This document shows, piece by piece, positions 13,019 to 26,300 of a stretch of 64,000 nt of DNA. Under the pieces are notes generated by a model, which was not told the origin of the DNA, did no database searches, and saw only the letters and a program-made list of their open reading frames with translations. The translations under genes were made by a program, and so were the position numbers. Position 1 is the stretch's first letter. The number at the start of each line of letters is the position of its first letter. The stretch comes from Octopus vulgaris (taxonomy: Eukaryota). Where the stretch lies: the NCBI GenBank assembly GCA_951406725.2, contig OX597835.1, positions 4,960,001 through 5,024,000 on the forward strand, in the 5' to 3' direction.

Positions 13019-16011
13019 GACTAGATGTTTAGGTCTGTGTCAGCTCAGATTGAGATCTAGCCATGACTGTCCCTTCCTTTTTCTTTCTAATTTGAGGGAT
13101 ATTTGGATGCTATTTGTAGTAGATTGAATGGCTGAGTAGAGGCTACGTTGCTGACTCTTTAACCCTTTAGTGTTCAGATTATTCTATCAAACATAATGCT
13201 TATTGATTCACATTGATTTGAATTAATCATGCATTATCTCATATCTTCAAGAGCTTGGTGGTGTAATTGCTTAGTGTAGAATAACATTGTAGGGTAGGTG
13301 TGAGAGCCTGGATCTGGTCAGTTTGAACATAAAACAGATTAAATATTTGGGCCGGATATGGCCGGTTTAAATAATAAAGGGTTAAAGCTATGGGAAGATT
13401 ATCTCACTATGATGGAATTGTTGCTAATCATTAGTTGAACAGCTTGTCCTGTTGGTGCTAATGAACTGAAGAACTCTTCATTTCTGATCATTTAGCTTTT
13501 GAATGTAAAAACAGTGCAGTTTGAATGTTAGTTACAATCTGTTGAACACTTAAGGTGATCTTTAGGACGAATCAGTGTGATGCATAGTGTGACAAGGTGG
13601 ACTTTGTCACACAGAAATATACCGTACCAGTTTCACTTACAATGCTTGGCTCAACCCAAGAATACAATGTCAGACATTCAATAAATAGTGATTGGGAAAC
13701 TAACTACATAAAATCTATCTTGAACAGAATTTTCAAATGAGTAAAATTTGGAATCTAAAGAAATTGGTGAGAATGTGCATTGGCATCAATAAATCAGGAA
13801 TGGAAGCTTGTGGAATGTTGAACAATAGCAGTTGACTGGAAGAGCAGAAAGTTCAGCTTTTCAGACAGCAACTTTTCCCTTTTCCTACTTCGTCTTGGAG
13901 GTCAGGGCAATGCCAGTGATTCTTCTCTTAGTTGATCTTTGAGACTCATGGGATAAAGGGAGGAAGCTATTCTTCAATTGGAGATCTGGGTTATATACTT
14001 GCAACTGGGGTATTGTTTAACCAAGTGACCAATTAAGAGACAGAATAAATAAAACAAGTTACATCTCTGATGTTTTAATGATTCTGCCAAGTCACTCATT
14101 TGGAATGGTCTTCTATTTTATTGACCCAGAAAGGACGAAAAAACAAATTCCATCTCTGTGGAATTTGAACTCGGACCTCAGACTGCAAAATACTGATACT
14201 CTAATGCTTCTACCCATTCACCATCAGTAAATTATTTAATTACTATTCCGTAAACAACCATGTCAGACCAAATTTTGCATTGCTGTCAGTTTCTACTGCA
14301 TAATGTTGAATAGTTTGAGAACTGACTCTTCACCTGAGAAAAAAAAATATTCCAAGCTGAGAAATGTTATTCAATTCAGTTCCAAAATATGCCTTGTTTC
14401 TATTTGGGATAGGAACTTATCTCTTATTAATGAGTTTCAGCATATAAGTTTTTGCCAAAGCTGACCACCACCGCCGCTGCCACCACCAGTTTACCATGAC
14501 AACTTGAATGTTGTTTTCTTTTTACTTTGATTAGATATAATCCATCTTTATACAATAACTAACAGAATGTTTTACTTGCAGGTTTATGTGGCATGTACGA
14601 TGATAATGGCATGATTAGCCAAAGCTCTCCTTTGTCATATAGGTAACTGTCTTTCTTTCTTTTGGGTCAACAAAAAAGCTTATACATGGTTAAGTTATCT
14701 GTTAGAAATAGCAGTTAAATTTCCCTCAAAACATACCTTACTCTCTTAAAAAAGAGGAGACAAAGATAACGCCATATGATATTTATGTAGTGATGCTACT
14801 GTGTAAGGTTCAGCGCGCATGCGCAGATTGGGACTACTTCCGGGTGGCCACCGGAAGTCTTCCCCATGCGCATGTGCGGGAAACTGACCCCTAAGGCACA
14901 AATCACTCATTCATCCTCTCTGGCCATTTCAGCCCTTGGGAACAGACGTACATTTGGTAGTCTCTGATAACTACACCGACTTAGCCGCGGACGACATTGA
15001 ATCACTTCAACCAACCAACAAGAAGTTGTACAACAGATTCGGCTGTCGTTTTCCCTTCAGAAATTCGTACACCATCACGAATAATAAACAACACTGCTGT
15101 TTTTCCCAGATGACCTGACTTCGTCTGTTATATCTAACTAAATTGTATGTGACGGGATCGGATCGACACCCCTTCAGTGATACCGATTCCAGATCCTGTT
15201 ACATTTACAAGGGTTGGAAAAAAGTATGATGCAGAAGAACTGGAACGTGTTTGATCATAAGTGTGCTCTGTCACAAGGTCAGTTTGTCACTGACTAAACT
15301 GACAACTATACCAAGCCTTCTCAGTAAGGAAAGTGGGGTTTGTTGGACATTAAGATGAATGAATAGCAAAACCTATCAAAAGATGGATGAACTCTGCTGT
15401 GTCAATGGCCATCTTACAGATAGGAATGAGAGACACCTCTAGTCTTTGTTATCTTATAGTTTATTTAAATATTCTTTTATGGTAAAGCATTTTGCTACAC
15501 TTTTTGTGTGGTCTCAGCTTAACTTTTATGAAACTGACCTATGATCAAAGACATTCTATCCATGACCATCCAGACTTAGACTCAAGCCAAGAGCATCCAG
15601 GTTCACAGTGTATCCTCTTTCCTTAACATATTGAGTCCACTCTATGGAGTGGTTGGTGTTGAAAGGGCACCCAGCCATAAAAACCCTGGCCTGGGATAGT
15701 CCTCTACCTAGCCAGGTCCTGTTAACTATGCATGGAAGACAGACATTAAACGATGATGATGAGGAGGAGGAGGAGGATTAGAGAATGATCTTTCACTTTT
15801 TTTTTTTCACTTTTTTACTTGTTTCAGTCATTTGACTGTGGCCATGCTGGAGCACCGCCTTTAATCGAGCAAATCGACCCCGGGACTTATTCTTTTGTAA
15901 GCCCAGTACTTATTCTATCGGTCTCTTTTGCCGAACCGCTAAGTAACGGGGACATAAACATACCAGCATCGGTTGTCAAGCAATGCCAGGGGAACAAACA
16001 CAGACACACAA

Positions 16012-16054
<43 letters not shown>

Positions 16055-16498
16055 TACGACAGGCTTCTTTCAGTTTCCGTCTACCAAATCCACTCACAAG
16101 GCATTGGTCGGAATTTGTTACCATATCTTCCAGTGAGGGGACTGTGCCTCTTCGGAGGTCATTTTGTATTTTTGTCTTAGACCTGTTATAGTTTTGTTAC
16201 CATAAACTGAACTTCTTATATTTGCAGAGTGAACTCAGCCAGTTCCATATACAGTGGTTACTGTGGCAATGCACGAAGTCTACCTGAAACTGAATACTGT
16301 GATTGCATCGATGGAGAGACACCTGTTTGCGGAAAACAGCAAGACAGAATATATTGTCCACAAGCCGACTCTAAAAGATCAAGATATGGTAAATTATCCT
16401 GATGCTTGATCTGTCTATCTGTCTGTCTGTTTTTCTCTCCCAGATTGATCTGTGAGCTAGATTATTAACAACCCTCAAGCAATCAACTGATTGGTGTA

Positions 16499-16580
<82 letters not shown>

Positions 16581-17420
16581 CAGCAATTTTTCAATTCTGC
16601 CTCCTTTGTACAGCTGTCATTCCAGTAGAATTATCTCCCTTTGTATATCTATTTCTTTACCACCCACAAGGGGCTAAACACAGAGAGGACAAACAAGGAC
16701 AGACAAACGGATTAAGTCGATTACATCGACCCCAGTGCGTAACTGGTGCTTATTTAATCGACCCCGAAAGGATGAAAGGAAAAGTCGACCTCTGCGGAAT
16801 TTGAACTCAGAACGTAGCGGCAGACGCAATACCTATTTCTTTACTACTCACCAAGAGGCTAAACACAGAGAGGACAAACAAGGACAGACAAACGGATTAA
16901 GTCGATTATATCGACCCCAGTGCGTAACTGGTACTTATTTAATCGACCCCGAAAGGATGAAAGGCAAAGTCGACCTCTGCGGAATTTGAACTCAGAACGT
17001 AACGGCAGACGAAATACGGCTACGCATTTCACCCGGCGTGCTATATATCAACTGATGTTTAGTCGCTGTTCCACCTTCACATCTCTTTGTATTCACATTT
17101 TATACGACTCAGCTTCATTAGTGTCTAATCTCCATCTTGTCCCCATATATATAAAATAACTCTATCTTTGTCACAGGCATTGTTGTGTGGTTAACTTGTT
17201 CACTTTCCAAACACATGGCTCACAATGGGACACCTAGGACAAGTGTCTTCATTCTATCTTTGGGCTGACCAAAACTTAGTGAGTGTGTTTGGCCGACTGA
17301 AAGAGAAAGATGCTTGTCGTATATGCACGTGCGCGTGTGTGTGTGTGTATACATGTGCAAATTAGTGTTTGTGTATATGAACATGCATGTATGCATCTGT
17401 GTGTGTGAGTGTGTATGTGT

Positions 17421-17460
<40 letters not shown>

Positions 17461-18926
17461 ACTTCTTTGAAAAATCAGAGTAGCAAATGGAGATGTTGTC
17501 ATTTCTCTTGCCAACAAACAATCTGCTCACTTTGTATTTTTAACCCTCTAGCATTTAAACTTTAATTACCTGGCCCAAACATTCTGCCTATTTCATGTTC
17601 AAAGTGTCGTTAGATCTGGCCTCTCACACCTACCCTGCAAAGTCATTCTAAGACTAAACTGTCGCATCATCAAAATCTCAAAGCTACCAGGTAAATGCAT
17701 GATTAATTCAAAACAATGTGAATAAATAAGCATGTGGCCGATGCCAGACCCCTCTGGCACCTGTGCAGGTGGCACGTAAAAAGCACCCACTACACTCGCG
17801 GAGTGGTTGGCGTTAGGAAGGGCATCCAGCTGTAGAAACACTGCCAGACCAGACTGGAGCCTGGGGCAGCCCCTGGCTCCCCAGACCCCGGTCGAACCGT
17901 CCAACCCGTGCTAGCGCGGAAAACGGACGTTAAACGATGATGATGATGATGATGATGATGATTTGACAAAGTCAATCTGAATGCTTCATGGTCAAACATT
18001 TCAGAGAAGAGATTTTTTACTTGAAAAATTGGTGAGAGTTAGCAGCTGGGAGAGCACCCCACTGTAAAAAAATATCTTAATGATACATTCATACAACCCA
18101 TACTAGGATGGATGGAAAAAAACAGACCAAAAATCTAACTAATATATACAGGCGTGGTTGTGTGATAAGAAGCTTGCTTCCCGGCCACATGGTTCTGGGT
18201 TCAGTCCCATGGTATGGCACCCTGAGCATGTGTCTTCTACTATGGCCTAAAGAGTTAAAAGATTTGTTGAAAAGGCACCAATTTGGAAAAATGTGCTCAT
18301 TGGGGAGCAGTCACTCCACTTGTTCCCCTGTTATCAATGCCACTGATGTTGTGGAACAATTATTGATTCTGAATGGCAGCCAGTAGTTAATTGTGTGTGT
18401 GTGTGTGTGTGTGAGTGGTTCATGGAGCAACATTAATGTTAGGAATGAAAATGTTTTGGTAGGGACTCAATCACTTGACATGTTAATCGTTATTGACAAT
18501 TTTAATCATGTAGAAATGGATGTTTGCTACTGCATCCTGCTTTTATGTTTTTTTTTTTGTATTGTGCTATTAATTATTTTCTTCTTTTTCTCTTTTTCTA
18601 TTGGCTTGTTTCAGGTGTGCACCAAGTGTTGTTTGATGTTGGTTACCCAAAATGTAATTCAGAGCAAATTGAATTCAAATACGAAAATGAAGAGCCAAAG
18701 GTAGAAATGTATTCTTGACAAAAGACAAACACTATCATATTATTTTTAGTGGTTGTCATTGTTACTTCTAGTTTGTTGGTAACCTTAGTTGAGCAGAAAT
18801 ACTGACCAGGCCAGATTTAAAAAAATGTTTATGTTATTCAAAAGAACTGGTGAAATTGATATTTCTGGTCTTAGAACTCTTCAGTTTTTTAGGAAAAAAT
18901 GAATGGGGAAGGGTGAGAGAGAGAGG

Positions 18927-18974
<48 letters not shown>

Positions 18975-20093
18975 CAAGAGAGAGATTACATCACTAAAGG
19001 AAATGGTTTGTATGGTTACAATGGATTGTAAAGAGATTGTGTTTTGGGCCCAAAGCCAGATTTTTTAAAGCTTCTTCTTCTTCTTAATCCTTTTTGCCCC
19101 TTGTGGAGCAAAGGGCTGGTTTCCTGGTCTCCTTGGCGTAAAGGTTCCCCATCTGGACGGGACGCCGGTCCATCACAGGTGAGCTGCATGATGCAGGAGG
19201 AAAGAGTGAGAGAAAGTTGTGGCAAAAGACTTAGCAGAAGTTTGCCATTATCTTCTGCTGGAGCCACGTGGCGCTTAGGTGTTTCGCTCATAAACACACA
19301 CATAGCCCGGTCTGAGATTCGAACCCGTGATTCCTCGGCCGTGAATCTGCTGCTCTAACCACTAGGCCATGTGCCTCCACTTTTTAAAGCTAGGGACATA
19401 AATTTATTTTATGAGTTAAATGAAAATAAAGTTAGTAGAAATAAGTCCCTTTTTTTAAAAACAAGTGGGTTTTATTTGATGAGGAAAATAATGTTCAATA
19501 AAACAAGCATAGAGCTTAATAAACGAATCTGGGGTAAAAGTTGGGTGACAAAAGATCAAGGGCCATTTTTAGATTTACCACACAGTGTTGTTGATGTTGT
19601 CATTTAACCCTATTCAACCCTGACTGAACAAACCTATGATTAAAGGCACTCATACCAGGACATTGAAGATTATATTATTTAATATATCCTGCCTTTATAT
19701 AAGATGGTGTGTGTGATTTGAGGAAAATTTAGCTCCAATTTCTCATAGACTGAGTGACCACATACAGTCTCACTTTGTCTGTCTGTCTTTCTCTCTCTCT
19801 CTCCCTCTCTTTCTCTCTCTCTCTCTTGCTTTCACTCTCTCTTTCTCTCTCTCTCTCTCTCTTGCTCTCACTCTCTCTTTCTCTCTCTCTTTCTCTCTCT
19901 CTCTTGCTCTCACTCTCTCTTTCTTTCTTTCTCTCTCTCTCTTGCTCTCACTCTCTCTTTCTCTCTCTTTCTCTCTCTCTTGCTCTTACTCTCTCTTTCT
20001 TTCTTTCTTTCTTTCTCTCTCTCTCTCTTGCTCTCACTCTCTCTTTCTCTCTCTTTCTGTCTCTCTCTCTCTCTCTTGCTCTCACTCTCTCTT

Positions 20094-20158
<65 letters not shown>

Positions 20159-20299
20159 CTCTCACTCTCTCTTTCTCTCTCTTGCTCTCACTCTCTCTTT
20201 CTCTCTCATTCTCTCTCTTTCTTGCTCTCACTCTCTCTCTCTCTCTCTCTTGCTCTCACTCTCTCTTTCTCTCTCTCTCTCTTGCTCTCACTCTCTCTT

Positions 20300-20351
<52 letters not shown>

Positions 20352-23300
20352 TTCTTTCTCTCTCTCTCTCTCTTGCTCTCACTCTCTCTTTCTCAATCGC
20401 TTGCATCACACAAAGTGGTTTACATATTATTGAGGCGAGACAGTTAAACTTCAGCTATTGTAGATGGAGGCATGGCTGTATGAGACGTTAGCTTCCTAAC
20501 CTCACTGTCCAGAGTTCAGTCCCACTTTGTGACGCTTTGGGTGTGTTCTACCATAGCCCTAGCGGACCAAAGCCTTGTAAGTGTATTGGATGGAAACTAA
20601 AAGCAGAACATCATGTGTGTGTGTGTGTGTGTGTGTGTGTATACTATTACTGGCACTCTGTCTGTTACAAGGCAAAGGGTTCAGGCTGCTCTTAATCTTT
20701 CACAGGATTATAGATTTATTACTGGTCAGATTTTGTATCCAACCAATGACTCTTCTCAGAAACTGGGATACGTCCTGTTTCTTGTAAGATCCAAGAACAC
20801 CAACCCAAACTGTTTGGCCCTGTTGCTCGACTATCCAAGCTAGACACTACTTACTATGTTCTCTTCACTAAGGATCCACTCGGCTTCATGACTTCTGTTG
20901 CTTGCCTACACTCGCCTCCTTATGAGAGCTCAAAATCTCTCGTGGAAGCGCCATCCAACCAAAATGCAAATATATGGGAAATTACTACCTGTGTCATCTC
21001 TTGTGAAAGGTAGGAGAGTCCAGTTTGCTGGACATTGTTGTAGAGCTGAAAAGAAGTAATTTCTACTCTTCTCCTCTGGAAGCCATCTACTCGCAATACC
21101 AGAGGGCGCACACTCTCCTACCCTGATGTAATCTCCAGGGATACAGGCATCCAGCAACAGGACCTCCGTAATGCTATGATGGACCGTGAAGTCTGGCGTA
21201 ACATAGTAAATTCCATTGTCTCAACCACGGTTGAACAATGATGAATGATGATGTTGCTCAACCACATGCTGCACTGTCACAGCAGATGAGGAGATATCTG
21301 TGGAGACGGGGACTGACTGAGACTAAGCTTGATGGGTTACTTGAGAGGACCCAGGAATATTCTGATAAATGGTGGTACATGCCCCCACTCCCCCATCTAA
21401 CTTGACCTGACAATGACATAGTTGCTGTGTACTTGTAAAGATTAAATATTATCCAACAACTCATGTTTAACTATGAAATGAAATGTCTAAAATGTAATAA
21501 CCTTGTCTGAATATCTTATTGATCTATATTTTTTGCATGTACAATTTCCCTTTTTCTTCATCTTAATTACAGATACTTTCTTGGCCGACAGAATCTGGTA
21601 TCAATGCATCCTTTGCAATTTTATCATGTCAAGGAGTTATATCTTCTTTGGCTTCAAAATGCCAAGCCCACCCTCATATATCCAGTGCTTTTATTCAAGC
21701 CATCTTCACATGTGCGAAAAATATCCAGGTTTGTACATTTTTTTTTGCACACTGCTATACATGCGCATTGATGTTGTACATCTAGTGGAGTACACTACCT
21801 TCATTTCTCTCCAGTCTACACATGTCTTCTGCATTCAGAGCCCATGTCTTACTACCATGGAGTATAGCCATTCACATACAAGCATCATATAGTCTACCTT
21901 TCACTCTGAGAGAGAGAGAGAGAGAGTTCTTTTGTTGCCAACAATGGTAATAGCTCTCTAAACTTTCTCCACCCAATTATTATTCTAGAAATGATACTTT
22001 CAGAACGTCCTCCACCATTGCTAAATTGGTTACCTAGGTAACAGAAACTATCTACAGCCTCAAGAGAGCATCCTTGGTTTTGATTGGCTTGGAACCATTG
22101 TAGAAGACATTTGCCCAAGGTTCCACACAGTGGGACTGAACCTGAAACCATGTGATTGGGAAGTCACACCTGTATGGAATGTTTCCTACAATGGAGGGAG
22201 ATATCTCAATAGAAAATACTATATCTGAGAGAAGAATCAAATAAAACCATTAAGTAATTTAAGACAGGACATGGGAAGCACTCCATCGGTTCCGACGATG
22301 AGGGTTCCGGTTGATCCGATCAACGGAACAGCCTGCTCGTGAAATTAACGTGTAAGTAGCTGAGCACTCCACAGACACGTGTACCCTTAACGTAGTTCTC
22401 GGGGATATTCAGCGTGATACAGAGAGTGACAAGGCCGGCCCTTTGAAATACAGGTACAACAGAAACAGGAAATAAGAGTGAGAGAAAGTTGTGGTGAAAG
22501 AGTACAGCAGGGGTCACCACCATCCCTGCCGGAGCCTCGTGGAGCTTTAGGTGTTTTCGCTCAAAAAACACTCACAACGCCTGGTCTGGGAATCGAAACC
22601 ACGATCCTACGACTGCGAGTCTGCTGCCCTAACCACTGGGCCATTGTGCCTCCTAAGACAGGACAGAGTGTTTTGGTTAACGTTGTGATGTCCACCTTTT
22701 TGCACTGGATTCTGTAACTGCTGTTTGGCCTCTATGGACAACTGACCATTCACAGAGGTGTATAACATGAAACAAAAAGTTTCGACCATTTTCCGGAGGA
22801 AAAATATGATTAAAGACGAAAGCTTGAGGAACACAGTTGTTAATTGTTGGGACACTACATCCTTCAAAACTTCCATGCTTCCTGGAATTGTCCACTTGTA
22901 CACCTGATGCAGCCCATCCCCCTTTTTCTTTCTTAAATGTCTCATTCACTGTTCATTTGCTGTGCATTATTCCACGTACTGTTCATGCATTTTTGGTTAC
23001 TTTACATAATGAGTTGTAGTGCACCTGAGCATTGTATACAATAACTTCATTATATTCATTATACCATGCTACATCCATTATGATCTTCATGTTAATTACC
23101 AATTATCATCACAAGCTATTTATTAGATGTTGCTCTCTCCTCATTACAACAACTGTATGAGACTTTAGTAACATCCTTTAATCAACTGGCAAACATACAT
23201 ATGAGCGGGTACCCAAAAGTAAACAGAATTTTGCAATATTATTTTATTCACTTAGTTTTTACATGTTTACACTTTTATCGCCTTCAAAGTATTCTCCATT

Positions 23301-26300
23301 TGAAGCAGTGCATCGGTCCAGGCATGTTTTGTACTATTCAAAGCAGTACTGGCACTCTTGTGAAGTGATGCCTTTTAACGCCTCTGTTCTTTTTTTCTCC
23401 ACGTCTTCCACATTTGCAAATTCCATAGCACCAGATTTTCTCACCAGTAATGACTTTCAAAAAAAGGTCTGGATCAACTTCCAGTTGTTCTTTTAGTTTA
23501 CATCACAAGACCTGTGATAGTGGAAGAGAGGAGAAGAAATGACTTTCTGTACAAAGACAGGGTCTGGAAGTTTATAACACGGTAGTGAAGGGTTAAGTTG
23601 ATGGTTTTAAACCAAGCAACAGATTAATCCTGTTGATTTTCTTTCTTCATCTGTCGTAAATTTGTTTCCTTTTTATTATATGCATGGAAAGATTACTTTT
23701 CTCAATGTATTTTCAACAATTTAAATCAAAAAATCTATTTCATATTTCACAATCAATAGATGAGAGATGATGAACAATTGAAAACAGCAGTTGCAGACAA
23801 TCTAAGAGATCAGTGTCAAGTACACCTGTTAAAGAATACAAAGTTTTCTAATATAATAACCAGTGACTTTTTCTGCATAAATGACTGCACAAATAACACT
23901 TCATTGTGTAAAGGTATGAGACCATTTTTATTAATTTTGTTCTATTAATTGATGTATTCAGTCCTAAAGGAAGAAAAGGTGATCTTTTCATATTGATGAA
24001 ATTACATAGGCAAGCAGTTAGGGTGTTAGCTTTGCGATCATAAGATCAAGGATTTTGTGGCCTTAAACGAAACTCTTCATTTCTCATTGCTCCAGCTTAA
24101 TCAGGTGAAGTTCAATCTTGTGATAGTCTTGCATTCCATTTAAAACTAAATCTTGTATTCTTAATTCTTTAAACATCTTGGAAACTGATCTAAGCTCCAG
24201 GCTAGGGAACCAATAGACATGAGAATGACTTAGGCACTTTGTAAAATTATTTCTGCTATAGACAACTCTGTACATGTCACTGGCATTTACATTTAAAAGG
24301 TTCTGTTAATCCAACAGCAGTTAATAGACAGCATGAATAGGTATGACTTTCAAAAGCTATTTCAACTCCTGCTGGTAACACAACAGCAGATTGTAATTAG
24401 TAACCAGAAACAGATATAATTAATTTCTTTAATGAACAATCTATGGTAACACTGCTGATGTTGTTGCTGTTCATTCATTATCCAACACACATAGAACCAT
24501 GAAGTCCCTACTGGGTAGCTCAATCCACTTGATATAATAGCCAAATTATCCTCAAATCACACTTCACCATATTAGAAAAATACACATTGGATTATATAAT
24601 CGTTGATTCTCTTCACAAAGTTACCAGTCAAGATGGTCATGACTGAAATGTCTTTAATCATAAGTCAGCTTGATCAGTAATGATCTGGAAGGATAGATAT
24701 GCAACAAAACCAATATACAAGGTGAAGGATGTAACTATGAATGTTTACTTATGTCCATCATAGTGCATACAGAGTCAACTGCTTGGCAATGTTGTTGATC
24801 CATCAACGGATGATTAGAATTCATGATAAAGTAAACTTTATCTCAGTAAACTTTGAATTCAGAACATAAATTGTAAGAGAGAGAAGCACTCCGTCGGTTA
24901 TGACGACGAGGGTTCCGGTTGATCCGAATCAACGGAACAGCCTGCTCGTGAAATTAACGTGTAAGTGGCTGAGCACTCCACAGACACGTGTACCCTTAAC
25001 GTAGTTCTCGGGGATATTCAGCGTGACACAGAGAGTGACAAGGCTGACCCTTTGAAATACAGGTACAACAGAAACAGGAAGAAAGAGTGAGAGAAAGTTG
25101 TGGTGAAAGAGTACAGCAGGGATCACCACCATCCCCTGCCGGAGCTTTGTGGAGCTTTAGGTGGTTTCGCTCAATAAACACTCACAATGCCCGGTCTGGG
25201 AATCGAAACCGCGATCCTATGACTGCGAGTCCGCTGCCCTAACCACCGGGCCATTGCGCCTCCACACATAAGTTGTAACCAAGTGTTGCAAGGCATTTTG
25301 TCAAATGCTCAAGTGATTCTACCAATCTACTGTTCATCATTAATAGATAGAAACATTTGGACCAAGGGAACCTCTACATGGAGGTTCTTCAAGAAATAAC
25401 AGTCAAAGATCCAACATGAAAAAGGATTCACATGGAATAATATAGTCTAGAAAAATCAACTGGATACTTGGTGATCCTGCCAGTACTGATGCCATGTAAA
25501 AAGCATCTTGTCCACACTGTAAAGGGGTTGGCATTTGGAAGGGTCTCCAGCCATAAAATTCATGTCAAAACTGACCTCGCCTGTGTTTGTGCCATGTAAA
25601 AAGCACTTAGTCCCTCTGCTGGATGGTTGGTGCTAGGAAGGGTATCCAGCTGTAAAAACCCTGCCAAAATAGACACAGAAGTCTGGTGTAGGCTCCTGCC
25701 TGGCCAGCTCCTGTCAAGCTGTCCGACCCATACCAGCATGGAAGGAAGACATTAAACTATAATGATGATGATGATGATGATGATTGTCATGCTTGTAATG
25801 CTTCCGATCATCGGATTCTTCTTTCAAAACTGACCTAACACTAAACAACAACAACAACAACAACAGCTATGTTATAGTTTATTAATACAGTTACATACCC
25901 TAATGTAATTTGGGTGCATACATAGGTGGATGGTTAAGCAGTTCACTTCACAACCATCCTGTATTGGATTCAGTCCCACTGCACGATGCCTGGGTAAGTG
26001 TCTTCTCCTCAAACCTTAGGTTGATGAATGCTTTGTAAGTTTTGCTTTGGTAGACAGAATCTGAGTGGAAGTCTATGGCATGCACACACACACATGCGTG
26101 TGCACATGCGTGTGCACACATACATGTACATACACATGTACACACACATGCACGCACACATGTACATGCACACACACACATGTACACATACACATACATG
26201 CATGTGCACTGCATGGTTGTATGCGTGTATGTGTACCTTGACAACAGTATACATACCAGCATACAAGGCGGCAAGCTGGCAGAATCGTTAGCACGCCGGA

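Noticed and set aside
19754-20491. 245-aa Leu/Ser-rich ORF
   Set aside because: Translation of the (CT)n microsatellite.
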